The notes under the pieces: generated by a model
Told to the model about the DNA's origin: nothing
Seen by the model: the letters and a program-made list of their open reading frames with translations, nothing else
Database searches by the model: none
Part shown: one piece after another, positions 12,707 through 24,540 of the stretch
How positions within the stretch are numbered: the first letter of the stretch is position 1
Layout of the letters: each line of letters opens with the position of its first letter
Assembly (NCBI RefSeq): GCF_000485595.1
Contig: NW_014577078.1
Location: 6,788-70,787, forward strand
Direction of reading: 5' to 3'
From: Priapulus caudatus
Lineage: Eukaryota
Length of the DNA stretch: 64,000 nucleotides
Position numbers and translations under genes: made by a program

Positions 12707-13603
12707 CGGGGGGGGGGGCACTTATATATATATTGCATGGTAGGTATATGCCGCGGCGAGAGACCCCACATTTTCAACCCTAACCCTAAACTTCCGTTCC
12801 AGGCACTCGCATTTTTAAGAATATCTCGTTCCAGAGCATTAGTTTAGTTACATGCAGATCTAACAATTTTGCCGTTCGCGAGACCCTACTTTTAATATTC
12901 CGTTCCAGTACATCGTACTTCAGAATACGTGAAGCCGGCGCCCGTCAAGGCATGCATGCAACGTGTGTGTTTGTATGTGTGCGTGCGTGCGTGTGTTGTG
13001 TGTGTGTGTGTGTGTGTGTGTTGTGTGTGAGAGTATGTGTGTGTGTGCAGGGGCGTGTACAGGATTTGTACCAGGGGGGGGGAGTCTAACGCGTAACCCA
13101 ACTTGGGAGCACGCAAAGGGGGGGTCTGGGGAAAAAATTTGAAATTAGACCCTCTTAGATGCGTTTTCTGCGCGAGCAGGGGGGGGGGGTTCGGACTCCC
13201 TGGACTCCCCCCCCCTGTACACGCCCCTGGTGTGTGCGCGTGTGTGTGTGTGTGTGCGCGCGCGCGTGTGTGTGCGTGTGCGTGCGTTCATCTTTCTCCG
13301 GGTCATGTTTTTTCTCCTCTACATAATACAAAAATTATTGGTTCAAGTGCTACAGCATAGATTTTAAAGCAAATCACTGTTCCCCCCCAGTTTCGGAGAC
13401 CCCCTCTTTTAAACGTGTCCAATGTCATAGCATTGAATTTCAACGAAATCCTAGTTCCGGAGACCCCCATTTTCGAACATAGCCAGTTCCAGAGCATACC
13501 ACATTCAACAAACATTAGTTCCAGAGGGTTACCCCCATTTTCAGGTCTGAGTTAGTTCCAGAGCCCCCCCATTTTTGACTTCGCAGTGGCACATACCTAC
13601 CAT
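12707..13603. mobile_element. Unclassified MITE with a poly-G end and internal GTTCCAGAG/ACCCCCATTTT repeats
   Basis: Inverted pair ATGGTAGGTATATGCCGCGGCGA (12737) and TCGCAGTGGCACATACCTACCAT (13581-13603). The right terminus looks eroded. Confidence 0.6.
13048..13229. mobile_element. 182 bp CAGGGGCG MITE inside a GT microsatellite
   Basis: Perfect TIR CAGGGGCGTGTACAGG / CCTGTACACGCCCCTG, flanked by GTGTG on both sides. Confidence 0.85.
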
Positions 13604-14009
13604 AATCTTCATCTCCTTAGTATATGTTGCTCCTTAGTTCCCTGCAGAATTTTTTTTTTCAAAATAGTGCCACGGCAGTGCCGTGCTGCCGTGGCGGCCA
13701 CTACGGGCCTGTCGATTCCCATACAAACAGCAGCCTTGTGATGAAGTTTCTGTTATCGTAAGTTTTCACTTAAGTAAGTTTAGTTACGGTAGGTTTCTGT
13801 CAACGCTATTAACTTTTCTCTTAACATTAACATTAGTCTTAAAATTAATCGTAACTTTACGAAGTTTCTGACAACGGGCCCAGGTTTTAAGGTCTTAATA
13901 CCTAGTTTTAGGGCGTAATTCCTAGTTTTAGACCTTAAAACCCGGTATAAGATCTTAAATCCGGGTTTTAAGGTCTAAAACCAAGTTTTATGCCCTAAAA
14001 CGAAGTATA

Positions 14010-14480
14010 ATGCTAGCCGCACACTATCCGACCCGAGCGTAATTTGAAGGCTTACGATTGGATTGAGATGTTCTAGTTTAGCTCGGGAGGCTTAAGATTG
14101 GCTCTGGAGCTCATTTTGGCCCGATTCGAATTTTGAATCGAGAGCAGATCGGGTCGGATAGTGTGCGGGGTCTTACGACGCGACTCGGATAGTGTGCGTG
14201 GCCATCCGACCCGATCGGCGTGTGCTGAAGAAAATTGACCAATCACAGAGCAGCGCCATGCGAACCGCATTCGAATGGAATGGCATTCGAACCATGGGAA
14301 ACACTCCCGACCCTTAGTACACGTTAAATCCGCTGGGAACGCCACGAGAGTGCCATGGTTTGCGTCAACTTTGAGTCGGACAGTGTGCGGTGGCCTCCCG
14401 ATCGATCGGGAGCGGGTCGTATAGTGTGCGGGGGCTTAGTGCTGTGCACAGTGCAAAATCGGATAGTGTGCGGCTAGCAT
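14010..14480. mobile_element. MITE (Harbinger-like) inserted in the foldback array
   Basis: Perfect TIR ATGCTAGCCGCACACTATCCGA / TCGGATAGTGTGCGGCTAGCAT with TA flanks and internal CGGATAGTGTGCG repeats. Confidence 0.85.
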
Positions 14481-14968
14481 TAGGAGTTTAAAACCCGGTT
14501 TTAGACCTTAAAACTTAGTTTTACACCTTAAAACCGAGGTTTAAGACCTTAAAACCTAAAACTAGGTTTTATGCGTTTTGGCAGAAAACGCTTTCCATAT
14601 ACGTAGGTGTTTTGTTTCACTCTATGGTCGCCTTATGGTGTTTTGCTATATGTTTAAACGAGTAATAATTAGTATATAACCATGGTGGATTTTTTAGTTT
14701 CGTATCAGAAATGTTTTGAAAGCCACATTAACTATAATTTGTTGATAAATGCTTCATGTATCATATTTCTGTCAACTAATAACAGAATTACTATAACATA
14801 ATTAAGTTTAATTCGTAGCTCACGCTCAGGATGTAACAACTTAGATAGTCAAATGTTATCATTGAAATTTAATGTAAAATAGTTGTGGTGTAAATGATCT
14901 AATGTTGCGATAACTTAAGCATAATTATGAATGTAGTTATTATAATTCATAAGGATTTTAATTGGTCA

Positions 14969-15533
14969 TGTGACATGCCATTGGTCATTGACATTGACAT
15001 TGACCAATTGCCGCCTGTAAGTAATTGTAGCTGTAGAATTAAGTGCATAGATAAGGATAAAGATATTTCTAAGACCTAAATACATGCCATCTCTTGGAAA
15101 AGTTGTTGACAAAGATGAGCAGATAGCTAGGCTAGAAATGTGCATGATTCAGCATCATGCGTATATATATATACATGGTGAATGTAAGTTTTCTTGAGCT
15201 ACGTTTCATCAAGAGTATGGATAGATTCTGATATGATGTTTCAACTTCAAGATTTAATAACAAAGTGTGATAAAGTTATGACTACATTTTGTATCTATGC
15301 CAAGCAATGCTTTTCAATATCACGAATATAGTTAGTGACTGTTAGTCCATATATATGGCGTTCTTATTGCTTTGATAATATGCACGTTATTCCCGTGACA
15401 TTTACATTGTTTCGATGATATTCACGTTATTCCGGTGACATTGACAATGTTTGAATATGTTCACGTTATTCCTAGGTTATCGTGTGACCCAGGGCAGTTT
15501 GTTGCCCGCGAAGTTGGCGTGGCCATTCCTACG
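14969..15533 (+). repeat. Partial 5' LTR of Gypsy B
   Basis: 15009-15533 aligns with 24743-25259 and includes a ~38 bp x3 internal repeat (TGATATTCACGTTATTCCGGTGACATTTACA...). Confidence 0.9.
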
Positions 15534-15727
15534 TGTCATAATGATTAATGACGGTAGCGCCCTGTAGGAGAGTTGTCTATCATTTAGTTAGATATTTGAA
15601 AGCCAGGGGGAGCTACGGAAGTTCGGCATGGCGGTTTGTAATCTCGTGTTCTGCTCAGCTACGTTTCATAAATAAAACGAATCTACATGAAGTTAAATTT
15701 CTTGTTTGGGTTTACACAATCATGACA
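15534..15727 (+). repeat. 5' LTR of Gypsy A (194 bp)
   Basis: TGTCAT...ATGACA inverted termini, internal AATAAA, directly followed by a PBS. Confidence 0.9.
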
Positions 15728-15741
15728 TGGTGTCAGAAGTG
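15728..15741 (+). promoter_or_regulatory. Primer-binding site TGGTGTCAGAAGTG (tRNA-Leu type)
   Basis: Starts with TGG immediately after the LTR CA. Recognised as complementary to the 3' end of tRNA-Leu(CAA). Confidence 0.8.
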
Positions 15742-15856
15742 ACTTCAAAAACAGTTTCAAGTACACATTGCAGTGCTGCTTGACAAAACAACGCGGACGT
15801 TTGTGTCTAAAGGGTAAGTCTACAGTTTGATACCGGTGGCCCCGGAATCACAAGTC

Positions 15857-18800
15857 ATGGTCAAGAAAATTGCACGATATGACCCCCTGTCAAGTTTACG
15901 TTCCAAGCTGAAGAATGGAGTGAGTGGATTGAGGAATTCGGACAATTTCGGAAAGTCACTAAACTTCACAAAGAAGACGGAGAAGTACAAAGAGACTCAC
16001 TTATATACTGTATGGAAGGTAAACAAGCCAACAAAATATTCAAACCGTTGAAATTTGTTTCGCATGATATGTGCCTGACCCAGCAAACCCTAGCGCCACA
16101 ATTAGAGAGAAGGAAAAAAATTCACACAGTACTTCAGCTCATCCCGAAAAGTAATATAATACACGAGAGATCACTCTTTCAAGAGAGGGTCCAAAGTAGG
16201 GAGGAGACAGTGGAGGTATTTCTAAGGGACCTTCAAGCAATGATGGAGAATTGCAAGTACAAGGATCCAGAAGACAGGTTGACGTGGGACTCCTAGACCG
16301 AGGAGTGAAGCAAAAACTGCAGCTGGTGCCATATTTTACCCTAGATAAAGCTTCAGCAGTGGCACGCCAGCATGAACAGGTAAAAATACAGATGGTCCAG
16401 CAACAAGCTTCCCACCAGGAAGTTAGTAAGGCAAAATCCAAACAAAGGGACCATAGACCAAGGTGGAAGAAAGATGTCAGCAGCCACAAAACAAAACAGA
16501 AATGTAACCGTTGTGGTTACGACTGTCACCCGCAGGGTGGTAAATGCCCTGCTAGTGGACAGATCTGTAGGTCATGCAATAAGCATGGACATTTCTCTTC
16601 GGTGTGTCGCAGTGGTAAACACCGAGGTAGAAATTTTAATGGGGCAACAGACGCAGTGACATCTCAGGATACATCCGCGGGGAGAAATCATTCTTCCTTG
16701 GAATAATTGATTGCCATGGGGAGGAAGAAGCGTGGTATATATCACTGAACATATGCGGCTTAACTGTAAAATTTAAAATAGACACGGGAGCTGACGTAAC
16801 AGTAATTTCGCACACTATCGGGCAATTATTGAAAAGTCGCTCACACCTGATGCCCAACAAGGTCAAGGTCAGCTCAAGATTATAGGTGCATTTACAGCTG
16901 TCATCAATCACAAGGGAAAAGGCTATACATTACGCGTAGTTGTGATAGATGAAACAGGACCAGTCAGCCTGCTAGCCCGCGGAGTGGCAAAGAAAATGAA
17001 ACTAGTTACCCATGTAGATGAAATCTTGAGTCAGTTTAACTCGGATATTGGTCTCTTGAAGACCGAACCAGTCAAGATCAGTTTGACAGCAGGTGTAACA
17101 GCACTGTGTGTCAACACCGCACGAAAAGTTCCGTTTCCCTTGATGGATGCGGTAAAAACAGAAATACGGAGAATGCAGGATAGTGGAGTGATCCGTCCTG
17201 TCACTGAGCCCACCGAATGGTGTGCAGCTATGGTTCCGGTTCAGAAGAAAAATGGTAAACTGCGCATTTGTGTTGACCTAAAAATACTGAATAGGGCTGT
17301 TCGCAGAAAACATTATACACTTCCGAATCTAAGCGACATCGCTCCTAAGTTGGCTCAGTCCAAGTACTTTACCAAGCTGGATGCAGCAAGTCGATTTTGG
17401 CAGATCCCCTTGGAGGAGAAAAGCCAACTGCTTACAACATTCATGACGCCGTTTGGGAAGTATGCATTCCGTCGCGTTCCCTTCGGTATTACTTCGGCGC
17501 CAGAGATCTTCCAGCGAAAAATTATCGAGTTACTTCATGGCTCGGAGGGAGTAGAGGTAAAAATGGATGATATCTTGGTTCATGGCCGATCCATGGAAGA
17601 GCATGAAAGGAGGCTAACTGAAGTTCTGACGAGACTTCAGAAAGCAGGTCTTCGCTTAAACCGAGAGAAATGCCAGTTTAGGATGAAAGAATTGGTTTAC
17701 TTTGATGACCTTATCGGTGCTGAAGAGATCAAGCCAGACCCAGAGAAGGTACGGGCAATGATGGATCTGACTCCACCATCCAATATCAGGGAACTCTGTA
17801 GCTTGATTGGAATGTTCCAATATCTAAGCAAGTTTGCAAACAACCTATCTTCTGTTATGAAGCCCATGACAGGTCTGCTAGGATCTGACAGTGTCTGATT
17901 ATGGGAGCCAAGTCAGCAAGGGGCCTTCCAAGAAACCAAACAGCTACTATGCGCTTCTCCAAGACTAGCATACTATAATGCTAAAAAGCCAACGATCATA
18001 AGTGCTGATCCTAGCAGTTTTGGGATAGGGGCCGTACTCCTACAGAAAGATGAAGAAGGCATAAAACCAGTAGCATTCTGCTCAAGAACACTCTCAAGCG
18101 CTGAGCAGCGTTACGCTCAAATTGAGAAGGAATGTTTGGCGGCAGTATGGGCATGCGAAAAACTGTCTAGGTATCTGGTGGGATTACCACAGTTTACTTT
18201 ACTAACCGACCACAAGCCATTGGTGCCTCTACTGAGCACCAGGAACATTGATGAAACGGCAATTAGCTGCCAGCATCTTTTGCTGCGAATGATGCGGTTC
18301 AATCCTGTTGTTCAATTTGTGCCAGGTAAAGAACAGATAGTGGCCGATGCACTATCCATGAATATTCTGGCTATCACAGAGGATAGTGTACAGCTGGTCC
18401 AAGATGTCAGTGATTATGTGGACACAGTTCAGGTAGGTTGGCCAGCATCACATAACAAATTAGAACAGATCAGGGAGGCTACAGAGAAGCACGATGTCCT
18501 GCATGCAGTAATGTGTTATGTCATCAACGGGTGGCCAAATAGAGTGAGCGTGGTGCTGGAGCCTTTGAGGAACTATTACCATGTACACTCAGAGCTATCG
18601 GTGACAAATAGAATAGTTGTTCTACAGAGTAGAATAGTTCTGCCTAGAGCAATGAAGCATGATGCTTTAGAACGACTACATGAATCACACCAAAGCATCA
18701 CAAAGTGCCGTGAAAGAGCCAGGACAGCCATATGGTAGCCGAACATGAGCAACGACATTAAAAACATAGTCGATCAATGTGTGGAGTGTCGACAGAGCAG

Positions 18801-19535
18801 ACCATCACAGCGAGAACAATCCCTGCAGCCAATAGAGTTGCCGGGACGGCCATGGCAGCAGTTGGGGACGGATCTACTGGAATTCAACAAGCAAACATTT
18901 CTAGTAGTGGTAGACTATTACTCTCGTTGGATCAAAGTGAAGAGGCTGACAAGTCTGACCATTTCTCCGGTAATTACAAGAATGAAAGCAATGTTTACGG
19001 CTTTCGGTATCCCAGATGTAGTAATATCGGATAATGGGCCGCAATATACCTCTCACGAATTCCGTCAGTTTGCTAAGTCGTGGGGATTCACTCACAAAAC
19101 GACCAACCCATACACACCACAAGAGAATGGGATGGCTGAACGTGCCGTGCAGACGGCTAAACACTTACTGAAGCTGGATGATCTAGAGATTCGATTGTTG
19201 AGCTATAGAGCAACTGCGCATTCAGCTACGGGTGTGTCTCCGTCTATGGCACTACAGGAACGAGAACACCAGACCAGACTTCCGATACTAGAGCGAAATC
19301 TACTGCTAAAGGTTCTAGATACCAGCACCATCCGTCAATCTGACGAATCAGCTAAAGCCACCTACAAGAGGTATTATGATGCCAGGAGTGGTGCTCAAAT
19401 ACTACCTTACCTGTCAAGTTGCCAGTCTGCACTGACAAAGCTGGACACGGAGAAGCGGTGGACCAAGTGGGAAACAGTTATCGGTGGTGACGAAAACAAC
19501 CGATCCTACATCATTCAGACGAATGCTGGAATGGT
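15857..19535 (+). pseudogene. Gypsy A gag-pol (Mag/K02A2.6-like), frameshifted and containing stops
   Basis: Double zinc knuckle CNRCGYDCH...CRSCNKHGHFSSVC; protease FKIDTGADVT (~16770); RT LRICVDL...KMDDILV; RNase H ERY/QRYAQIEKECLA-type motif and TDHKPL; integrase LHESHQ..C..C, VVDYYSRW, ISDNGPQY, NGMAERAV. Confidence 0.95.
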
Positions 19536-22500
19536 GGTCGTCGAGGGGTAAGCGAAAATGCTGAAAAGATCTTCAAAGTCCTGTTGGCGACTTTCAGAGA
19601 TGCGGACCACCAATATCTGCCAAGGCTCTAGCAGCGATTCTTTTCATACCAGCAGAAAGAGAGCCAAGACCTGCTTGGCTGCTCACTGGAGCTGGTCCGA
19701 TTGTGCAATCAGATCACCGCTATGGATGGATTATGGGAGGCCTCCAGAGACATCACTCTGAAGGGGAGGCTGGCGGAGGCCGTCCATGAGGAGGGCTTGC
19801 AACGGGAATTAAGGCCTCAACCTCGAGTCTCCAGCCCTGACCTATTTCAAGTTGCGGGACAGGGCGATACAGTGGATGGGCACCAGCCGTGACATGGGCC
19901 GTTACGGTGTCGCTATGGACCAAGAGGTCACCTCTGAGGCTGTCGACCCAGTGGTGGCTGCTATCAAGCAACAAGGCAACCAGTTAGCTGAAGTATTAAA
20001 GCAGCAGCAGCAGCAGCAGCAGCAAATGTCTGTCATGATGGATATGCTGCGGCAACAGGCGAGTGGGGGTCGACCTGTCAACAGGGGCCCACGGCGCCAG
20101 TATGGGACTGACAAGAGTTCCATGCTTTGTTGGAGTTGCCAGTCCTCGTGCCATATTCAAAGGAACTGCCCGGATAAGGGTAATAGGTCGGTGGGGCAAC
20201 CCCAGGTTTCCAGGCCAAATTTGTTAGAAAGCTAAAGTCGACTGTTGCAGTGAGCTGTGCGGCAGGCTGTGAGTCCGTGGAAACGGACAGGGTAGGCTCC
20301 CTTTTAGAAAAGGCAGTAGGAGAGTGCCCCGAGGCAATAGTTAAGATAGCTGGGCGGAGATGAAATGTTTGCTGGACACGGGAGCTCAGGTTTCCACGGT
20401 AACAGAATCATTCTTCCGTGAGCAACTGAGCAACGGCGAGCATCCCAAGGATGTGTTCGATTTCATCTCAATTTCTGATGCCCAGGGCTTAAAAGTCCCC
20501 TACCGAGGCTATATAGAACGCAACCTTAAGATCTGCGGGCATACCTTCCACATGATGGGGTTACTGGTAGTGTGCGACCCAAAAGGGACCCCCATGGAGA
20601 ATCGGAAGCGGTTAGTTCCGGGGGTGATTGGGAGAAACATCCTGCAAAGAATGCGGACAGCTGTCAAGGAGAAGTGGGGCGAGACATATGTTAAGGATTT
20701 GACAGACTCCAGCCGAGTAGATGGGAGCCACTGGGCTCATGTCCATGCCTTATATGGAGCAATCCAAACTAAGGCAGAAGCTGACAAAGCTTAACCAAGC
20801 ACCTCCAGGGTAAGGGTAGCTGGTAGAGGACCACAGCTGATACCAGCCCGGTTAGTAAAGATACTGGAGGGCGCGTGCATGGGGGCTATAGAAAAGTACC
20901 TCGTAATGGTAGAGCACCAGAAAGAAATCTTACCAGCCCTTGCTCCACTAGGCCGTTCAGGACGCGTCCCGATACAGGTGACCAACTGGAGGGGCAGCGA
21001 CCTCTACCTAAATCCACGGACGTCTGTGGGCATCGTGGAACCAGTCACGCTGAACCGCAAGCTAAGGATCCATTCCGTGAATCTCCATTAGGTGCGGATA
21101 GAAGAAGTTAGTGTAAGGCGGGCCAATGACATAGCCCATAACCTGATCAACTGGATGGACGTAAGCGAGGGACTCACAAAGGATCAGCATAAGGTATTGA
21201 ACGCCCTAATCAAGAAGCACCAGCATGTGTTCAGTCGAGACGAAGATGGCATAGGCTACTGTGACCTAGTCACCCACATGATCCACACCTCTAATAATAA
21301 GCCAGTGAGGGTGGCTCACAGGTGTGTTCTGCCAAACCAATGGAAGGAAGTGCAAGACTTTATCAAGTCGGCATTGGAGAGGGACATTATCCGTGAATCC
21401 AACAGTCATTACGCATCTCCAGTGGTGTTGGTGAGGAAACCATCAGGGAAGGTCCGGGTCTGCCAGGATTACAGGGCGCTGAACCTCAAGACAACCCGGG
21501 ATGCTTACCCCTTACCCCGCATTGACGATGCCCTCAGGGCTTTGAGGGGTGGGAAGTACTTCTGCAGCCTAGACTTGGCTCACGGCTTCTACCACCTACC
21601 AGGGGCTGAGGATAACCAGCACAAGACCGCCTTCAGACCTGGCACAGGTGGGCTTTATGATTTTTAGTCGCATGCCGATGGGTTTGTGCAATGCTCCAGG
21701 GACTTTTATGCGACTGATGGACCGCATATTTGGAGATCAGAATTTCCAAACACTGTTTAACTATATAGACGACCTTTTGGTATTCGGGTCATCGTTCGAC
21801 CAGATGATCGAACGTCTGGATATGGTGTTAGAACGTCTCGGCAAGCATAATATCAAGTTAAAGCCAGAAAAATGTAGTGTGGCCAAGAAACACATCAGGT
21901 ACTTAGGCCACATTGTGTCTGCCGAGGGTATTTCCCCTGACCCAGAAAAGGTTAGAGTGATGCAGGAGTGGGAGGTCCCACGGCCAGAACGTCAACTTCG
22001 GGCGTTCCTTTGCTTTTTAGGTTACTACCGCCAGTCCATGAAAGGCTTCTCACAGTTGGCTGTACCACTGCATGCGCTGATAGGATGACCCAGCAAATCC
22101 CACCAGAGAAGGAGGAATCCCTCAAGGGACATCACTGTGGACTGGACTAAAAACTGCCAAGTGGCATTCGAAGAACTGAAGATGTTGCTAATCTCTGCTC
22201 CCATTTTGGGGCACCCCCAAAAAACGTTCTGTCATATGCTAGGCGAGCCGGGGTCTGGGGAAGGCAGAGCGAAACATGGACAAACATGGCTATTACAGAA
22301 AAGTTCAAGGGCATGCTCCTGGGGTCCCGGTTCACAGTATACACTGATAACAACTCTTTGTGTTACCTGCAAACAACGGCCAAGCTGAAATGCGATGGGC
22401 GGCAGAGTTGGCTTCCTTTCACTTCACCGTGAGGTACAAACCAGGACGCGCTAATGTCGTACCAGACATCCTGAGCCGGAAGGGAAATCATGGCAAGGAG

Positions 22501-24431
22501 CCAGCTAGCTTACGTTTTGAAGAAATCGCAGCGGAACCAGTTGCTGCCAGTCTGGATTGGCATCTCCAAGCTACCAACCTACCAGAGGACCTGAAGGAGG
22601 CCGTTATCAACTGTGTAGCGCCCCAGTGGATGCAGGAGATCAGCACACGGTCCCTGCTGCTACAGGCACATTGCCTGAAATACCCAGACCAGAGCTAAGC
22701 AAGCTGCAACGGGATGACCCAACACTTAGGAGGATCTGGCACTGGTGGGATAAGAATCAATCCCCTACAGTGCGAGAACTGAAACAGGAACCCAAGGAGG
22801 TCCGAAGGGTGCTGCGCGACTGGGTCCGCTTGGGCTCCATAGACAACGTACTTCACCGAGTATTAGTGGAATGCGGTCAGAACGTGCAGCAGGTGCTGCT
22901 TCCGGCTGCCCTGAAAGCATCAGTACTACAGGCCGTACATGATCAGGTTGGACACCAAGGCATTGAAAAAACCCTACGTCTCGCGAAGGCCAGATGCTTT
23001 TGGCCAAACATGGCTAGAGAGGTCGAGCAGCATGTCAAGAAGTGCCAACGTTGCACCTTGGCAAAAGCTGGAAAGCGACCCCAAACAGCCATGGGATGCC
23101 TGATAGCAAGTCGACCACAGGAAGTAGTGGCGATTGACTTCACAGTGTTGGAGCCTGGTCTAGGAGGTAAGGAGGACGTATTGGTGATGACCCATGTGTT
23201 TACCAAGTACATGCAGGCCATAGCCGTCAATGACCAGAAGGCTATCACGGTGGCTAAGACACTAGTAGACTACTGGTTTGTCCGGTTTGGGGTGCCTAAG
23301 AGACTACACGGTGACCAGGGACGTAATTTTGAGAGCCAAATCGTTCGGGAGCTGTGCACGTTATATGGGGTGTCCAAGAGTCGCACAACTCCTTACCATT
23401 CTGAAGGAAATGGACAGTGCGAACGATTCAACCGGACAAATCATAACTTGTCAAGGACACTCGAGCCCCGAAAGAAGAGGCGGTGGCCAGAATACCTGTC
23501 AAGCTTGGTATATGCCTACAACTGCACACATCACGCTACCACCGGGTTCTTCCCCTATTTCCTCTTCTTTGGACGGGAGCCAAAACTCCCAATCGACCAG
23601 CTCTTAGGAGAGGCCAAGGATGAAAATGGGGGAGGTGACGTCAGTCAGTGGGTGGCCGACCACTACGAGCGTCTCGAGGCGGCCCGCAAACAGGCATTTA
23701 GACAAACGGAGAAAGAGGCACTTCGACGACAGTCATGGACAAATAAGAAGGCCCAGGATACCAGTATCCCAATTGGGGGAAGGGTCTTCCTGAAGAACCA
23801 GGGATAAAAGGGTAGAAACAAAATCCAGAACGTCTAGAACCCGGAGCCACACCAAGTGGTTGGGTGGCCCGACTCTGAAGTCTACCACGTCATGTTGCTG
23901 GAGAATCCCGGTGTGACCAAGACGCTGCATCGCAACCAGCTGTTAGACTCCCGGGAACTGGTCTCGGACTTGCATGGCAAGGGTCCGGGCTTCAGTCTAA
24001 GCCTACAGGGGCGGACAGTCAATGACAGATCCGACACATCTGACACTGAGGATGAAGGCCACTTCGTTGTTTGCCACCCACGGGAAGTCGACACCACCGA
24101 TGGCAACCTGACCAGTGAAGACGCCATGGAGTCGGCGGTATCAGAAACCGAGGATATCCCTCAGGAAAGCAACCCATTCAACAGCGAGGCAGACAGCAGC
24201 GAAGAGGGGAGTTTGGAGTCCAACTCCGAAGATAATGGTGCACGCAAGACAGAACGCGCAAATGCGGGGACCCATTTTAACCTCCACCACCTCGCCAAAT
24301 TTGTCCTCAAGCAGGAGACTCGCAGGTCTAAAGTAAAAAAGTCACCAGGTCGTCCTTGTCCCCAGGTATTGGCTAATATCAGCGAGACCCAGCTGTTATT
24401 GGTCCAGATGTTAGCCGGTGCCAATAGGTGA
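19536..24431 (+). pseudogene. Gypsy B copy 1: 3' part of gag and pol, degenerate
   Basis: Zinc knuckle CWSCQSSCHIQRNC; protease CLLDTGAQVS; RT YASPVVLV, DYRALN, YIDDLLV; integrase HDQVGHQG..CQRC, VAIDF, HGDQGRNFES, NGQCERFN; acidic C-terminal tail. Confidence 0.95.
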
Positions 24432-24540
24432 AATCCTTCAGGGCATGACAAAGCTTGCAGCGGCCCTTGCTCAGTCATTGAGCGGTTCGATTCAATAAGT
24501 GTAAGGATTGTGAGTGCAATCCTGGGAAAAATAGGGGAGA

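Larger units (their letters stand above)
10764..13711. mobile_element. CAGG-terminated non-autonomous DNA transposon with a 5 bp TSD (hAT5-like)
   Basis: TCGAT|CAGGCCGTATAGTG ... CCACTACGGGCCTG|TCGAT. The left end is also present in the duplicate copies at ~855 and ~8934. Confidence 0.75.
9626..13880. mobile_element. PIF/Harbinger-like non-autonomous element inserted in the right array of the foldback element
   Basis: TIRs GGGCTCGTTGTCAGAAAC and GTTTCTGACAACGGGCC(C), flanked by CAG...CAG (CWG-type 3 bp TSD, allowing one homopolymer error). The host array resumes at 13882. Confidence 0.7.
2665..14603. mobile_element. Foldback-type non-autonomous DNA transposon with very long modular inverted repeats, flanked by TA
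   Basis: Left end TA|CGTATATGGAAAGCATTTTGTACCAAAAAGCATAAAACCTAGTTTT. Right end AAAACTAGGTTTTATGCGTTTTGGCAGAAAACGCTTTCCATATACG|TA. Internal modules (array, ~100 bp linker, minisatellite) are mirrored around 5018. Confidence 0.8.

Noticed and set aside
23856..24431. Possible env-like third ORF in Gypsy B
   Set aside because: It is an acidic low-complexity continuation of the integrase frame with no signal peptide or TM helix.
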